DNA from: a virus
Taxonomy: Duplodnaviria; Caudoviricetes
IMG/VR virus record: IMGVR_UViG_3300044620_001082
Location: 1 to 24,696 of that record
Strand: one strand, 5' to 3'
Length of the DNA stretch: 24,696 nucleotides
Both the position numbers and the translations under genes were made by a program. Shown piece after piece: positions 1 through 8,309 of the stretch (its first letter is position 1; every line of letters starts with the position of its first letter). The notes below the pieces were generated by a model. It was not told where the DNA came from, did no database searches, and saw only the letters and a list, made by a program, of their open reading frames with translations.

Positions 1-564
1 AAATTGCGGCTCCATTTCAACAAAATCACGCAATACTAGGTTTGCGTGCTCAAAGTCTGCGTCTGTAATCACTGGAACAAACGGTTCGTTTGGTGCAACT
101 ACTCCCGACCACTCCATTTCTTTACGTCCTTGGCGAGATGTCAGTTTCCTTAGTCTGTCGTCAAATTCGCGATCAGACCACAAACTGCCCCTTACAACGC
201 CCTTCATTTTGCGCCGGCAGTTCTTCATCCCTGGATGATGACATCCCTCATTTGGCCACAGCCCAGTAGTTTCGTGGTGCAGCCATGCGCAAATGTTATT
301 CAGCGGATATAGCTCTGGGTGGTCAGCAAGAATCACACGACAGCGCCTAAAACCACCTGGCTTCTTCATTATCGGACGCCAATAGCGTAGCAGTCTCTCT
401 AAGTTGCCTCTTCTTGGGCCGTACCCACGAAGCACATCACCAGTAACTGCCTCCTGAGCAACAACATCTATGCCTGATGCATTCTGTAAAGCGTTTAGCT
501 GAGATGCACCTGGCGCTTTTTTGATAACTATATTATTTATCTCTGCAAAGTTTTCAAATGTCAT
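1..564 (-). CDS. Head-associated hypothetical protein with Cys/His motif; 3' end truncated by window edge; not in the ORF track
   Basis: Manual translation from ATG at 564 (ATGA overlap with upstream stop): MTFENFAEINNIVIKKAPGA...NLERLLRYWRPIMKKPGGFRRCRVILADHPELYPLNNICAWLHHETTGLWPNEGCHHPGMKNC..., open for 188 codons to position 1. The RL.RYW..PG.F.RC...CA.LH...TG.WP pattern resembles, from recall, a domain in actinophage head maturation/MuF-type proteins. Confidence 0.85.
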   Translation of the reverse strand, partial: MTFENFAEINNIVIKKAPGASQLNALQNASGIDVVAQEAVTGDVLRGYGPRRGNLERLLRYWRPIMKKPGGFRRCRVILADHPELYPLNNICAWLHHETTGLWPNEGCHHPGMKNCRRKMKGVVRGSLWSDREFDDRLRKLTSRQGRKEMEWSGVVAPNEPFVPVITDADFEHANLVLRDFVEMEPQF

Positions 565-965
565 TGCTCATCCAGTTCTTTCAATAATTTTTCAAGCTGT
601 TTGCGGGAGCCATCTGGGAGGTTTTTGGCAATTTGGCGCAATTTAGCAAACTGTTCTGGTGATGCTTTTATTGAGTCAAGCTCCGTATTCCTAAGTTCAG
701 AACCAGGACTAACCGCAAAAACATCTTTTATTCCACTCACCACATTAGCACTTTCAATAATCCCAAAAATGTCGGAATCAGATATTGGCCTAGATCTTGC
801 ACGATCTAAAATTTGTGGCTTAAGACGATCCATTGAGTCATTGAAGCCAGACTTATTAGGCTCGTATCCACGGCTCTTCGTGTTCTTTGGCGGCTTAACG
901 CTCACTAAGGAGTCTTTTGAACCAGACAGTTCCTCGTAAAGTTTTTTATGTGCTCTACTACTCAT
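561..965 (-). CDS. Hypothetical protein (134 aa)
   Basis: ATGA overlaps with both neighbours (translational coupling); no recognisable domain. Confidence 0.75.
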   Translation of the reverse strand: MSSRAHKKLYEELSGSKDSLVSVKPPKNTKSRGYEPNKSGFNDSMDRLKPQILDRARSRPISDSDIFGIIESANVVSGIKDVFAVSPGSELRNTELDSIKASPEQFAKLRQIAKNLPDGSRKQLEKLLKELDEQ

Positions 966-3900
966 TTAATACCTAGCACTTCCATTGCGTCTGGATGAAT
1001 CGTATTGACCCAACGACGTCCACGATACGCCCAGTCAAGCCACTTTACAATATTTTGCTTGACAACTTCTGGAATCATGTAATCCTTTATACCGTGGCCT
1101 GCCATAAGAAGAGCGTGTAGTTCTGCAAATATTTCCTGTGGTTCAATATCGCCTGGCTCAAGCATTAGGCCACCGTAATACGGTCGTTTTGATCCGTAGG
1201 AACTAAACAATTTAGCTAAATCTAACAAAGCTCTACGGTCAATTGGATCAGTAATTCCGTCCCATGTCCTTTGGCTTATTTCCCGAAGAGCTGCGCCTTG
1301 ATAGCCGTCAATTCCTACTTGGGTTGAAGGATCGTAGAACTTTGCAATATCAAGATCGTAGCTGTAAGCATCGTATGAATTTGATGGCGTTAGTTGCACA
1401 TTTGTAACGGGGTCGTCAGGGAAGAATTCTTTATATATGTCTGATTCACGGACGTCTTCCATGAAGATTGGATCAGTAAGTATTGCCATTATTGCGTCTG
1501 TAACTTGCTCATCGGCAATATTCTTTCCATTTGAACTCATATCTTTTCCGTAAAGTGGATGATCGGGTTCAAATGGAACAACAGCATAAATAACTTCTGA
1601 GTCAAGAATTAAATCACGTAGATCAATCATATTCCGACCGATGATCCGTTCAGCTTTTAGATTTGCTAGCGCATTGATATAATTTGCTCTTTGTTGCTGA
1701 AGCGCTTTAGCAATTGATACATCTTTTGTCTGGCCTAGAGAAACTTCAAGTTTTGCAATCTCTAGTGGCAGTTCTAGTATTGCTTCTTCAATCTTGGGCA
1801 GCACTGCTTCATAGCCATCGGCTTGCTTTTTTATCGCTGGTAGTATTTGTCTAACAACTGTTCCAGTAAATATTTGTTTGGCGTAAACCTTAGCTTTTGA
1901 TCTGACAGTATCAACAATTGCTTTGTCGCGCTCTAGTGCAGTTGTTCCAGACATTGACTCGTCATATGAAAGCGATTCGGCTAAAGCATGAGCCATTTCA
2001 TGGTGCGCAATGTTCATGATTGCACCCGTTTGCGCAAGAGAGTGAATTTGTCGGCGCTCAGCCTTACTCATTCCACTATTCCCAGAAGAGTAGGCCGTTT
2101 TCATAATCTGTGTACCGATATTGTCGCTTGTTGAGTCTTCGTTGGATATATAAACAGGCACAGTTTTTCCTGTTCGTGGATCTACGTACATACGCATTGA
2201 ATCACCGGAATGTTGACGGACGAGAGACCCATCTATCGCTAATTCCATAAGAAGCCACTTTGCTCCAGTTGAAGTTGAGCGATCAATGCCCCCACTTCTA
2301 TCAAACTTGGAGACATCGGATTCAACAACGCCAGTCAGCCCACCAAGAGAATCGCTTTGCTCGCGTATTGCGTAGCCCCAATCCTTTAATTCTGGTACTT
2401 GCATTGCTACTGAAATAACACCAGCAAAAGCTGATATTTCCTCATTTGTTAAATCTCTATCATTTTTACCAAAACCAGTTAATTTAATTTCTCTAAATAT
2501 TTGAGCTAATGCGCTCTTTGCATCGCTCACTTTTCGCAGGGGACCATATTTTGATTCAACACTTGATATTGTATTATCAACATATTTTCTGACATTATCA
2601 GCAGACATGCTTGGAGTCTGCTTGATTCTGTCATTATCTGCAATACTCCAATCTTTTATTTTGCTAGTCATTTCATCTATCATGTCGCGCAGCAATTGTT
2701 CAATATCGTTTAATGATGACCCTTCTGATTTTTTTGGTACAAGCCTTGATATGGGGCCCTTTTCAGCTTCTCTTAACTTCTCGCTTACCGATGCAACACC
2801 TACTGGGCGCTCAAACTGCGTTGAATCTTGCACCAAGCCGTCGCCATCACCATCTTCAGCTCTTGGATCAAACCTAGCCGTTAAAAGCCTGCCAATGCGA
2901 CGCATCTTTCGCGGCATCGCTTTTGCCTCTATCTCCACAAAATGTTCTTTTGTCTGTCCAACATTAAGTCCCATGAGTTTAAATACTCTGTATCTGCCGT
3001 CGCGTTTTACGTCGTTGATTAAGTTCAATTGACCGCTACTCATAAGCCTGTCAAGAATGATCATATTATGAAGATCTGCAGCCCATACGCCAAACTGTTT
3101 GCCGTCAGTTTTTTCAAACCCAGCCATGCTGTCTAGGATTTCGTCAATACCAATATCGTCGCCGGCGGACAAACCCATTCTCTGTCTAAAGATCTGCTTC
3201 AGTTGACCAAGGTATGTGTCAGCCGCATCAACTAAAATATCTTTTGCACTATCTTTGAGGCCGACAGTGTCTAGTTCTTGTCCTTTTTCTTTAGGGCTTT
3301 GCGGTCTGCTTGCGTAGAACTCTCCAGTGCGACCATCTTGTCGTACGTTATTTACAGTTGAAATATCTGATGCGTAGTTATTAATCTTTGGCGACCTGTA
3401 TCTACTGCCTTGATTCCTGAGTTGTGACTGATTTCTACGCTCAAGTGAATCAGATAAAAGCGCTCCAGTGCGTCTCCTGGCTCTATTTACACGTCCACCT
3501 TGCTGTGGTGAAAAACGCGGGCCACCAAGACTGCGTGGAACTCCGTCGGCATCAACTGGAACATTGAAGCGATCCGCAAATTCTTTTTGAATTATCTTCT
3601 CTAGTGTATTTTTATCTGCTGCACCGATGAGGCCAGGATCTGCGTCTGCCAGCAATGAGTAGATCATTTTATAAGCTGCATAAAACTCAGCATTTGCTTC
3701 TATACCAAAATTGCCACTTTTGTCAGTTGCATGCGAATATTCCGAACCGACGATGTTGGCAAGGTTTTTAAGATTATCCTGTATCCCTTGGCTTGGATTT
3801 ATGAGATCGTATAGCTCGCTATATATTGCCTCAACGATTTGCTCACGTTTAGTTTCATCAGTTTCTAGTGGAAGTGCATCCACTAAAGGCTTGATATTAG

Positions 3901-5296
3901 GATGTGAACTTATATCTAGAACTTTACGATTTACTAGTTCGCCAGTTTCTGTATCAAGAACTTGCATGTCCTTGGTTTCAGTTATTCCTGCTTGGTTTAG
4001 CTTTGCTCTAAAGTCAGCAAAATGACCAAATTCATGAGTTCCTACTTCATGTCCAAATGTCCGCATATCAGGGGGTGTTGCAAAAAGGTGCCTAGGATTA
4101 TCACCCGATACATATCGGTATGTATCTCGTAGTTGCTCTGGTGCCATCAGGAGCCCGAACATTCCATCGCCATCAATTGTTAATTGGGCTAAGTCGCCAC
4201 CAATCTCTCGTGCGTCAACTAGCTTCATTGAGCCGAGCATTTGAGACCACTCGCGATTATCGTAGGCTTCTAGTAGAAATGCCTCAATAAATCCCCACCT
4301 AAACTTTACATAGTCAGCGACTTCTTCGGCGTCAGAAAATTTTTCCAAAGGAATATTAAGAAAGTCATCTATTTCTTTTTCTGGCACATTAGGAAATGAC
4401 TCCCTCATTGCTTTTTTCATCTGACGAGCAGAGCGAAGGCTGCGACGACCAGATATTAAGCTGCGCCTTCCGAGGCCTTGGTAGGCAGCTTTGCGTCTAA
4501 GAGCAGCGCTTTCCTTGAGGAGCCGTTTACGCAGGCTCAATTCTTCGTCCCCAATGACCATATCGCCATCTGGCGTAGTGGCACGTAAACCTACTGCAAC
4601 AGCTCCGTTTATTGACTGTTTTGCAACCCGAGCCCCTGCACGCGCAGCTCCACCAGCAACAGTTCTAGCTGAGGGAATCATGCAATTTGACAACTGCAGG
4701 TCGGTGAACTGACCGCCGCCTGGAGTCTCCTCCGGACATCTCAAACGCCCTTGATCGTCAAACGGGATGTTCCTTGACCTAGCAATCCGCAGTAGCAGGT
4801 TGGGAAGTTTTAAATCATCACCAAGTGTCATGCCCAAAACGCTTTTGGCGTTAAAAGTCTGACCGTTAACAACGAACTTTTCTGGGTCTTTTATCAGGCC
4901 GTATCCAGTGTCGTTATTGTTTGGACCAAGACGACATACGACCATTTTGTGCCCAGGTGGAACTAGCGGTACTGGATCACCTTTTTTAAATGTTGATACA
5001 AAATGATCGTAGGGGTGTATTTTTTTTTCTGCTTTTGCTTTTGGCGTAGCATCGGTGATTGTCTTCTCTGGCTGCTTTTCGGTTTTGTGACGCACCCCAA
5101 AAGATGATGCTCTAGCTGCGAGTATGCGCGATTCAGCCCACCGACTAGTGTCTATTGCAGTACTTGATTCGCTCGCTTCAAAACTCATTTTTATATGCGA
5201 GCCAACAGACTTGGTGCTAAGGCGCCAAGCGTCGGTAGACGCCGTGTTGCCATCATTGCTATCTGCCAGCGAGCCCTCATGAATACCATCAGGCAC
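962..5296 (-). CDS. Large multidomain head-region protein (1444 aa) with two zincin-like metallopeptidase domains; polyvalent-protein-like
   Basis: GGAGG SD upstream of the GTG start. HEFGH (4022-4036) with distal EANAE (3686-3700); HEMAH (1988-2002) with distal EIFAE (1121-1135). RCPEETPGGGQFTD motif near 4700-4760 and the shared DGDGDG tag at 2804-2875. Confidence 0.8.
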   Translation of the reverse strand: MPDGIHEGSLADSNDGNTASTDAWRLSTKSVGSHIKMSFEASESSTAIDTSRWAESRILAARASSFGVRHKTEKQPEKTITDATPKAKAEKKIHPYDHFVSTFKKGDPVPLVPPGHKMVVCRLGPNNNDTGYGLIKDPEKFVVNGQTFNAKSVLGMTLGDDLKLPNLLLRIARSRNIPFDDQGRLRCPEETPGGGQFTDLQLSNCMIPSARTVAGGAARAGARVAKQSINGAVAVGLRATTPDGDMVIGDEELSLRKRLLKESAALRRKAAYQGLGRRSLISGRRSLRSARQMKKAMRESFPNVPEKEIDDFLNIPLEKFSDAEEVADYVKFRWGFIEAFLLEAYDNREWSQMLGSMKLVDAREIGGDLAQLTIDGDGMFGLLMAPEQLRDTYRYVSGDNPRHLFATPPDMRTFGHEVGTHEFGHFADFRAKLNQAGITETKDMQVLDTETGELVNRKVLDISSHPNIKPLVDALPLETDETKREQIVEAIYSELYDLINPSQGIQDNLKNLANIVGSEYSHATDKSGNFGIEANAEFYAAYKMIYSLLADADPGLIGAADKNTLEKIIQKEFADRFNVPVDADGVPRSLGGPRFSPQQGGRVNRARRRTGALLSDSLERRNQSQLRNQGSRYRSPKINNYASDISTVNNVRQDGRTGEFYASRPQSPKEKGQELDTVGLKDSAKDILVDAADTYLGQLKQIFRQRMGLSAGDDIGIDEILDSMAGFEKTDGKQFGVWAADLHNMIILDRLMSSGQLNLINDVKRDGRYRVFKLMGLNVGQTKEHFVEIEAKAMPRKMRRIGRLLTARFDPRAEDGDGDGLVQDSTQFERPVGVASVSEKLREAEKGPISRLVPKKSEGSSLNDIEQLLRDMIDEMTSKIKDWSIADNDRIKQTPSMSADNVRKYVDNTISSVESKYGPLRKVSDAKSALAQIFREIKLTGFGKNDRDLTNEEISAFAGVISVAMQVPELKDWGYAIREQSDSLGGLTGVVESDVSKFDRSGGIDRSTSTGAKWLLMELAIDGSLVRQHSGDSMRMYVDPRTGKTVPVYISNEDSTSDNIGTQIMKTAYSSGNSGMSKAERRQIHSLAQTGAIMNIAHHEMAHALAESLSYDESMSGTTALERDKAIVDTVRSKAKVYAKQIFTGTVVRQILPAIKKQADGYEAVLPKIEEAILELPLEIAKLEVSLGQTKDVSIAKALQQQRANYINALANLKAERIIGRNMIDLRDLILDSEVIYAVVPFEPDHPLYGKDMSSNGKNIADEQVTDAIMAILTDPIFMEDVRESDIYKEFFPDDPVTNVQLTPSNSYDAYSYDLDIAKFYDPSTQVGIDGYQGAALREISQRTWDGITDPIDRRALLDLAKLFSSYGSKRPYYGGLMLEPGDIEPQEIFAELHALLMAGHGIKDYMIPEVVKQNIVKWLDWAYRGRRWVNTIHPDAMEVLGIK

Positions 5297-5313
5297 GTCG
5301 CCTCCAGTTTTAA

Positions 5314-5556
5314 TTACTCAGAAATGCTTTCTTCTGATGCAGGAAGTTCTTCTGTAGCAACTTCTTCAACTGCATCTGCAACTTGTGGCTCCACGATTGC
5401 CTCTGCAACAGCTTCAACTTTGGGCTCACGAGGCTTTTTTGTCTTGGATTCCTTTGGTGCTTCTGCCTTATTTTCAATAGCAAATGGTGTTTTTGTCTTA
5501 TTTTCAACAGCAGACATAAATCCAGCGGGTCCTGGTTGTGACTTCTTTTTCATCAC
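5314..5556 (-). CDS. Small low-complexity hypothetical protein (80 aa; basic N-terminus, acidic C-terminus)
   Basis: GTGA overlap with the upstream stop; fills the gap before the 1444-aa gene. Confidence 0.65.
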   Translation of the reverse strand: MMKKKSQPGPAGFMSAVENKTKTPFAIENKAEAPKESKTKKPREPKVEAVAEAIVEPQVADAVEEVATEELPASEESISE

Positions 5557-6992
5557 TTCTCCGTTTCGTTAATACCATGCTCAGTAGCGAGCATTTCAAA
5601 TTCCATTAGCGAGGCAATAAAATTTGACTCTTCTGACTTTTCGCCATCGGAAAATCTTTTTTTCACATCTTCTGGAACCCAGTTGCTTGGAATCAATTCG
5701 TCAAGACCGAGCGACATGGCGCGCTTCATGATGTGAGCCTTTGCTGCTTCCTTGTCTTTTGCGCGGCCATACGCCTGAATTGCGTTGCGCAGGTCGGCTT
5801 CATCCTTAATTGGGTATGAACCGTCTGGCAAGGCGTTTCCTTGCTTGGCCATTGACATTCTTGACTCTTCGCTATAAGCACGCTTGAGCGCAATCTCTGC
5901 CGCCTCTGCTTCTATTTCTGAAGCTTCTTCCTGCGTGTACTCGTCGTACCCAAGAATTTCTCCAGACAATGAAACAAAGACATCGTATGATTTTCCGTCA
6001 ATGCCTTCTATCTCAACTGCATAGCTGTCATATCCTTCAAAGATGTCTGGCTCAATTGCAACAACATCACCCATAACGCTCTTTGTTGCGATGTCTGCTG
6101 CTTCCTCAAAGCCAATCATCTTGTTGCCTTCTAGGGCTGACTTGACTTGAAGGACGTCCTGATTCAAAAGCTGCCATCCAAGGCACTCACCAGTTTCGCC
6201 ATCAAAGAACGCCTCAACAGGACGACCATCTTTGCGCTCAATGTCAACCACAAATAGGTCAGCCTTGTCGGAGAATCCAGAATCAAGGACTTTGCCACTA
6301 AACATATCTTCAGCAATGCCTTCAATTTCAAGAAGCCCAGGCATTGAGCCCTCAGATACGCAGCCGCCCGGGCAGTTATCGCAAACCGATGACCCACCAG
6401 GATGAACTTTGCGTTCAAATGCGCACATGAAAGCTTCTTCGTCAAAGTCGGCTGACTTGTAGCCCATTGAGTTCATACGGCGCATACGCATCTTTTTGCG
6501 CATGGCAATCATGTCTACTTCTTCGTCTTCGTCTTCGTCTGACTCGGCATCCATGGATTCGTCATCCATTTCTTCCTCGTCTTCGTATTCTTCAGGCATG
6601 CGCTTTTTCTTTTTTGGCGCCATCATGCCGTACATTTTTTCTTCGTCTTCTTCTTCGTCTTCGTCTTCGTCTTCGGCCATTGCCTCAAGGATGGCTTTTA
6701 CATAAGCATCCTCATCCATATCTTCATCGTCAAGTTCTTCGCCCATGGCCATGTAGTCTTCAACCATTGTTTTTGGACTCTTTTTCTTGCGGACTGGAGC
6801 CATCGGCATTGCGTCCTCATCATCCTCGTCTGTCCCCCACATGTATCCGGCCTTGACGGACGATGCTATGGCTCCGCACTTTCCGCAGGCCTTTGCGCCA
6901 GGCTCGTAGCCGCATTCAGATAGATCCAAACCCTTTGCACACTGGATTATTTCACCGTCTGCATCTAGTTTTACCATAGCTTTTTCGTCCAT
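5553..6992 (-). CDS. Acidic multidomain head-region protein: Cys-rich modules, two PepSY-like repeats, C-terminal ALPDGSYPI domain (about 479 aa; start re-called to MDEKAM)
   Basis: AAGGAG SD and TAATG overlap support ATG at 6992 over TTG at 7028. CAKG..EC..CGKCGA; D/E-rich tract; C..CDNCPGGC; PepSY-like repeats at about 6178-6332 and 5949-6116; ALPDGSYPIKDEADLRNAIQAYGRAK...HIMKRA..LG...LIP..W, recalled from actinophage capsid-maturation proteins. Confidence 0.8.
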   Translation of the reverse strand: MDEKAMVKLDADGEIIQCAKGLDLSECGYEPGAKACGKCGAIASSVKAGYMWGTDEDDEDAMPMAPVRKKKSPKTMVEDYMAMGEELDDEDMDEDAYVKAILEAMAEDEDEDEEEDEEKMYGMMAPKKKKRMPEEYEDEEEMDDESMDAESDEDEDEEVDMIAMRKKMRMRRMNSMGYKSADFDEEAFMCAFERKVHPGGSSVCDNCPGGCVSEGSMPGLLEIEGIAEDMFSGKVLDSGFSDKADLFVVDIERKDGRPVEAFFDGETGECLGWQLLNQDVLQVKSALEGNKMIGFEEAADIATKSVMGDVVAIEPDIFEGYDSYAVEIEGIDGKSYDVFVSLSGEILGYDEYTQEEASEIEAEAAEIALKRAYSEESRMSMAKQGNALPDGSYPIKDEADLRNAIQAYGRAKDKEAAKAHIMKRAMSLGLDELIPSNWVPEDVKKRFSDGEKSEESNFIASLMEFEMLATEHGINETEK

Positions 6993-7186
6993 TACGACTC
7001 CTTGTATTGCATTGACTTTGTCAGGCAACCTTTGGGATTAGTGCATCCCCCACATGGTTGCATTCTTTTTTCGCCCGTAACCATGCAGTGATACTTATTT
7101 TGAAGATTGTTTGAACCTATTGGTTTAGAATAACCCATTTGAGCCCCACTCTGTGGGTACTTTGATGATTTCTTATTCTTTGCCAT
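6992..7186 (-). CDS. Small Cys4 (putative metal-binding) protein
   Basis: HCMVTGEKRMQPCGGCTNPKGC; stop overlaps the next ATG (TAATG). Start taken at MAKNKK (7186); the track uses TTG at 7195. Confidence 0.65.
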   Translation of the reverse strand: MAKNKKSSKYPQSGAQMGYSKPIGSNNLQNKYHCMVTGEKRMQPCGGCTNPKGCLTKSMQYKES

Positions 7187-7229
7187 GGGGATCAAATCCT
7201 AATCTGCATAACGACTAGACAATTTTATA

Positions 7230-8303
7230 CTAACCCGAATACCGTAGCTTTGGTGGCTTCTTAATCCGAGGTCTTGCTTTTTCTGCATTCCTCAATGCTT
7301 CAAGCATTTTGGCTTTGTTAATCTTGACATCTGCGATTCGCATAGAAAATTTTTCAGCAGCCTCAGACTCGGAATGATTACTGAGGTAAAGCAAGAAGTT
7401 TCTCGCACTAGGTGTCAACACTTGTGAATGATTGTTAATTAAATTAATTATTTCTGTATTAACGCCTTCTAGCTTCTGATCTGCTTCAGTGTCAACAATG
7501 CGATTATCTGGAATATCAAGATTAAATTCTTCGCTATATCGTTTAATTAATTTACCGACTAATGTTTGACTAATCTTCAAGGCTTCAGCAATTTTTTCGT
7601 GTGATATTCCATACTGAGAAAAAGTGTACATTAATTGACCTTTTTCCAAAGAAGATAGATCACTTAGCTCAATGTCAAAATCCTTTGCAGACCTATCCAC
7701 AGTTGTTTTGTCTACACCAAATGCCTTGGAAACTGCATCTTTACTAAATCCATATTTTCTAGCAACTGAAATAATTTTACGCTTTTGCTTAAAAACGCTT
7801 CTTGCAGAAATATTATTTTTTCTTAAAACGACAGAAACATAGTCGCTCGTTACCCCAACATCCTGCGCAATTTCATTTGGCCCAATGCCAAGTCTTGCCT
7901 GTCTTACGATTTCTTTAACACGTCCGCTGCGATCCACATTTGAAGTGCTTACACTTCCTAGTTTTTGTTTATTACGCGAGGCGCGCCTAGCGGTGGCAAT
8001 GCTTACTCCATATTTCTTAGCTAATGCTTTTGCTATCTCGGCTCGCTCTTTTGGGGTTTTGCCTCTGGCTATTTCTTCGGCCATTTCGTTACTTCTGCGC
8101 TCAAATTCAGCTACCGAAGATGCTTGGTTTACGGCTCTTCTTACGCCTGTGGTCACACCTCCAGAGACTGCACGACGAGCCGAAGGTCGTTCAAACTGTG
8201 TTGCGTCTTGAACTAGGCCGTCACTGTCGCCATCGAGGGCGTTTGGATCAAACCTATCAGTAAGGCGCCCTAAGCGACGTGGGTCGCCTGTGCGCCTCAG
8301 GCT
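7230..8303 (-). CDS. Multi-HTH DNA-binding protein; probably the -1 frameshift extension of the 8297-8656 gene (fusion about 475 aa)
   Basis: The frame is open 49+ codons upstream of the track's GTG (8156) and encodes SLRRTGDPRRLGRLTDRFDPNALDGDSDGLVQDATQFERP with no ATG/GTG/TTG. Five HTH-like units: ALAKKYGVSIATARR, EIAQDVGVTSDYVSVVL, AVSKAFGVDKTTVDR, KIAEALKISQTLVGKLI, EAAEKFSMRIADVK. Confidence 0.75.
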   Translation of the reverse strand, partial: SLRRTGDPRRLGRLTDRFDPNALDGDSDGLVQDATQFERPSARRAVSGGVTTGVRRAVNQASSVAEFERRSNEMAEEIARGKTPKERAEIAKALAKKYGVSIATARRASRNKQKLGSVSTSNVDRSGRVKEIVRQARLGIGPNEIAQDVGVTSDYVSVVLRKNNISARSVFKQKRKIISVARKYGFSKDAVSKAFGVDKTTVDRSAKDFDIELSDLSSLEKGQLMYTFSQYGISHEKIAEALKISQTLVGKLIKRYSEEFNLDIPDNRIVDTEADQKLEGVNTEIINLINNHSQVLTPSARNFLLYLSNHSESEAAEKFSMRIADVKINKAKMLEALRNAEKARPRIKKPPKLRYSG

Positions 8304-8309
8304 TTTAAA
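8261..8309 (-). other. Candidate -1 programmed ribosomal frameshift element (slippery heptamer plus 3' stem-loop)
   Basis: Minus strand GAT TTA AAA GCC TGA gives an in-frame X_XXY_YYZ heptamer T_TTA_AAA (8309-8303). It is followed by TGAGGCGC-ac-AGGCGAC-ccac-GTCGCTT-agg-GCGCCTTA, an 8-bp plus 7-bp stem (with G-U pairs) at 8299-8261. Confidence 0.65.

Noticed and set aside
5310-5507. 65-aa alternative-frame ORF with repeated KIRQKH
   Set aside because: Overlaps the coupled 80-aa ORF; the repeat mirrors that protein's ENK repeat; no in-frame canonical slippery site found.
6515-6735. (TCTTCG)n-like short tandem repeats
   Set aside because: They encode the Asp/Glu-rich tract of the minus-strand protein; not a CRISPR array or an independent repeat element.
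8150-8163. GTG at 8156 as an independent start for the 308-aa ORF
   Set aside because: GGAGGT abuts the GTG with no spacer, and conserved coding sequence continues 49 codons upstream. Minor internal initiation cannot be fully excluded.
8297-8299. TGA stop readthrough or alternative genetic code
   Set aside because: The tag and downstream ORF are in the -1 frame, not the 0 frame; TGA, TAG and TAA all end genes normally elsewhere in the window.
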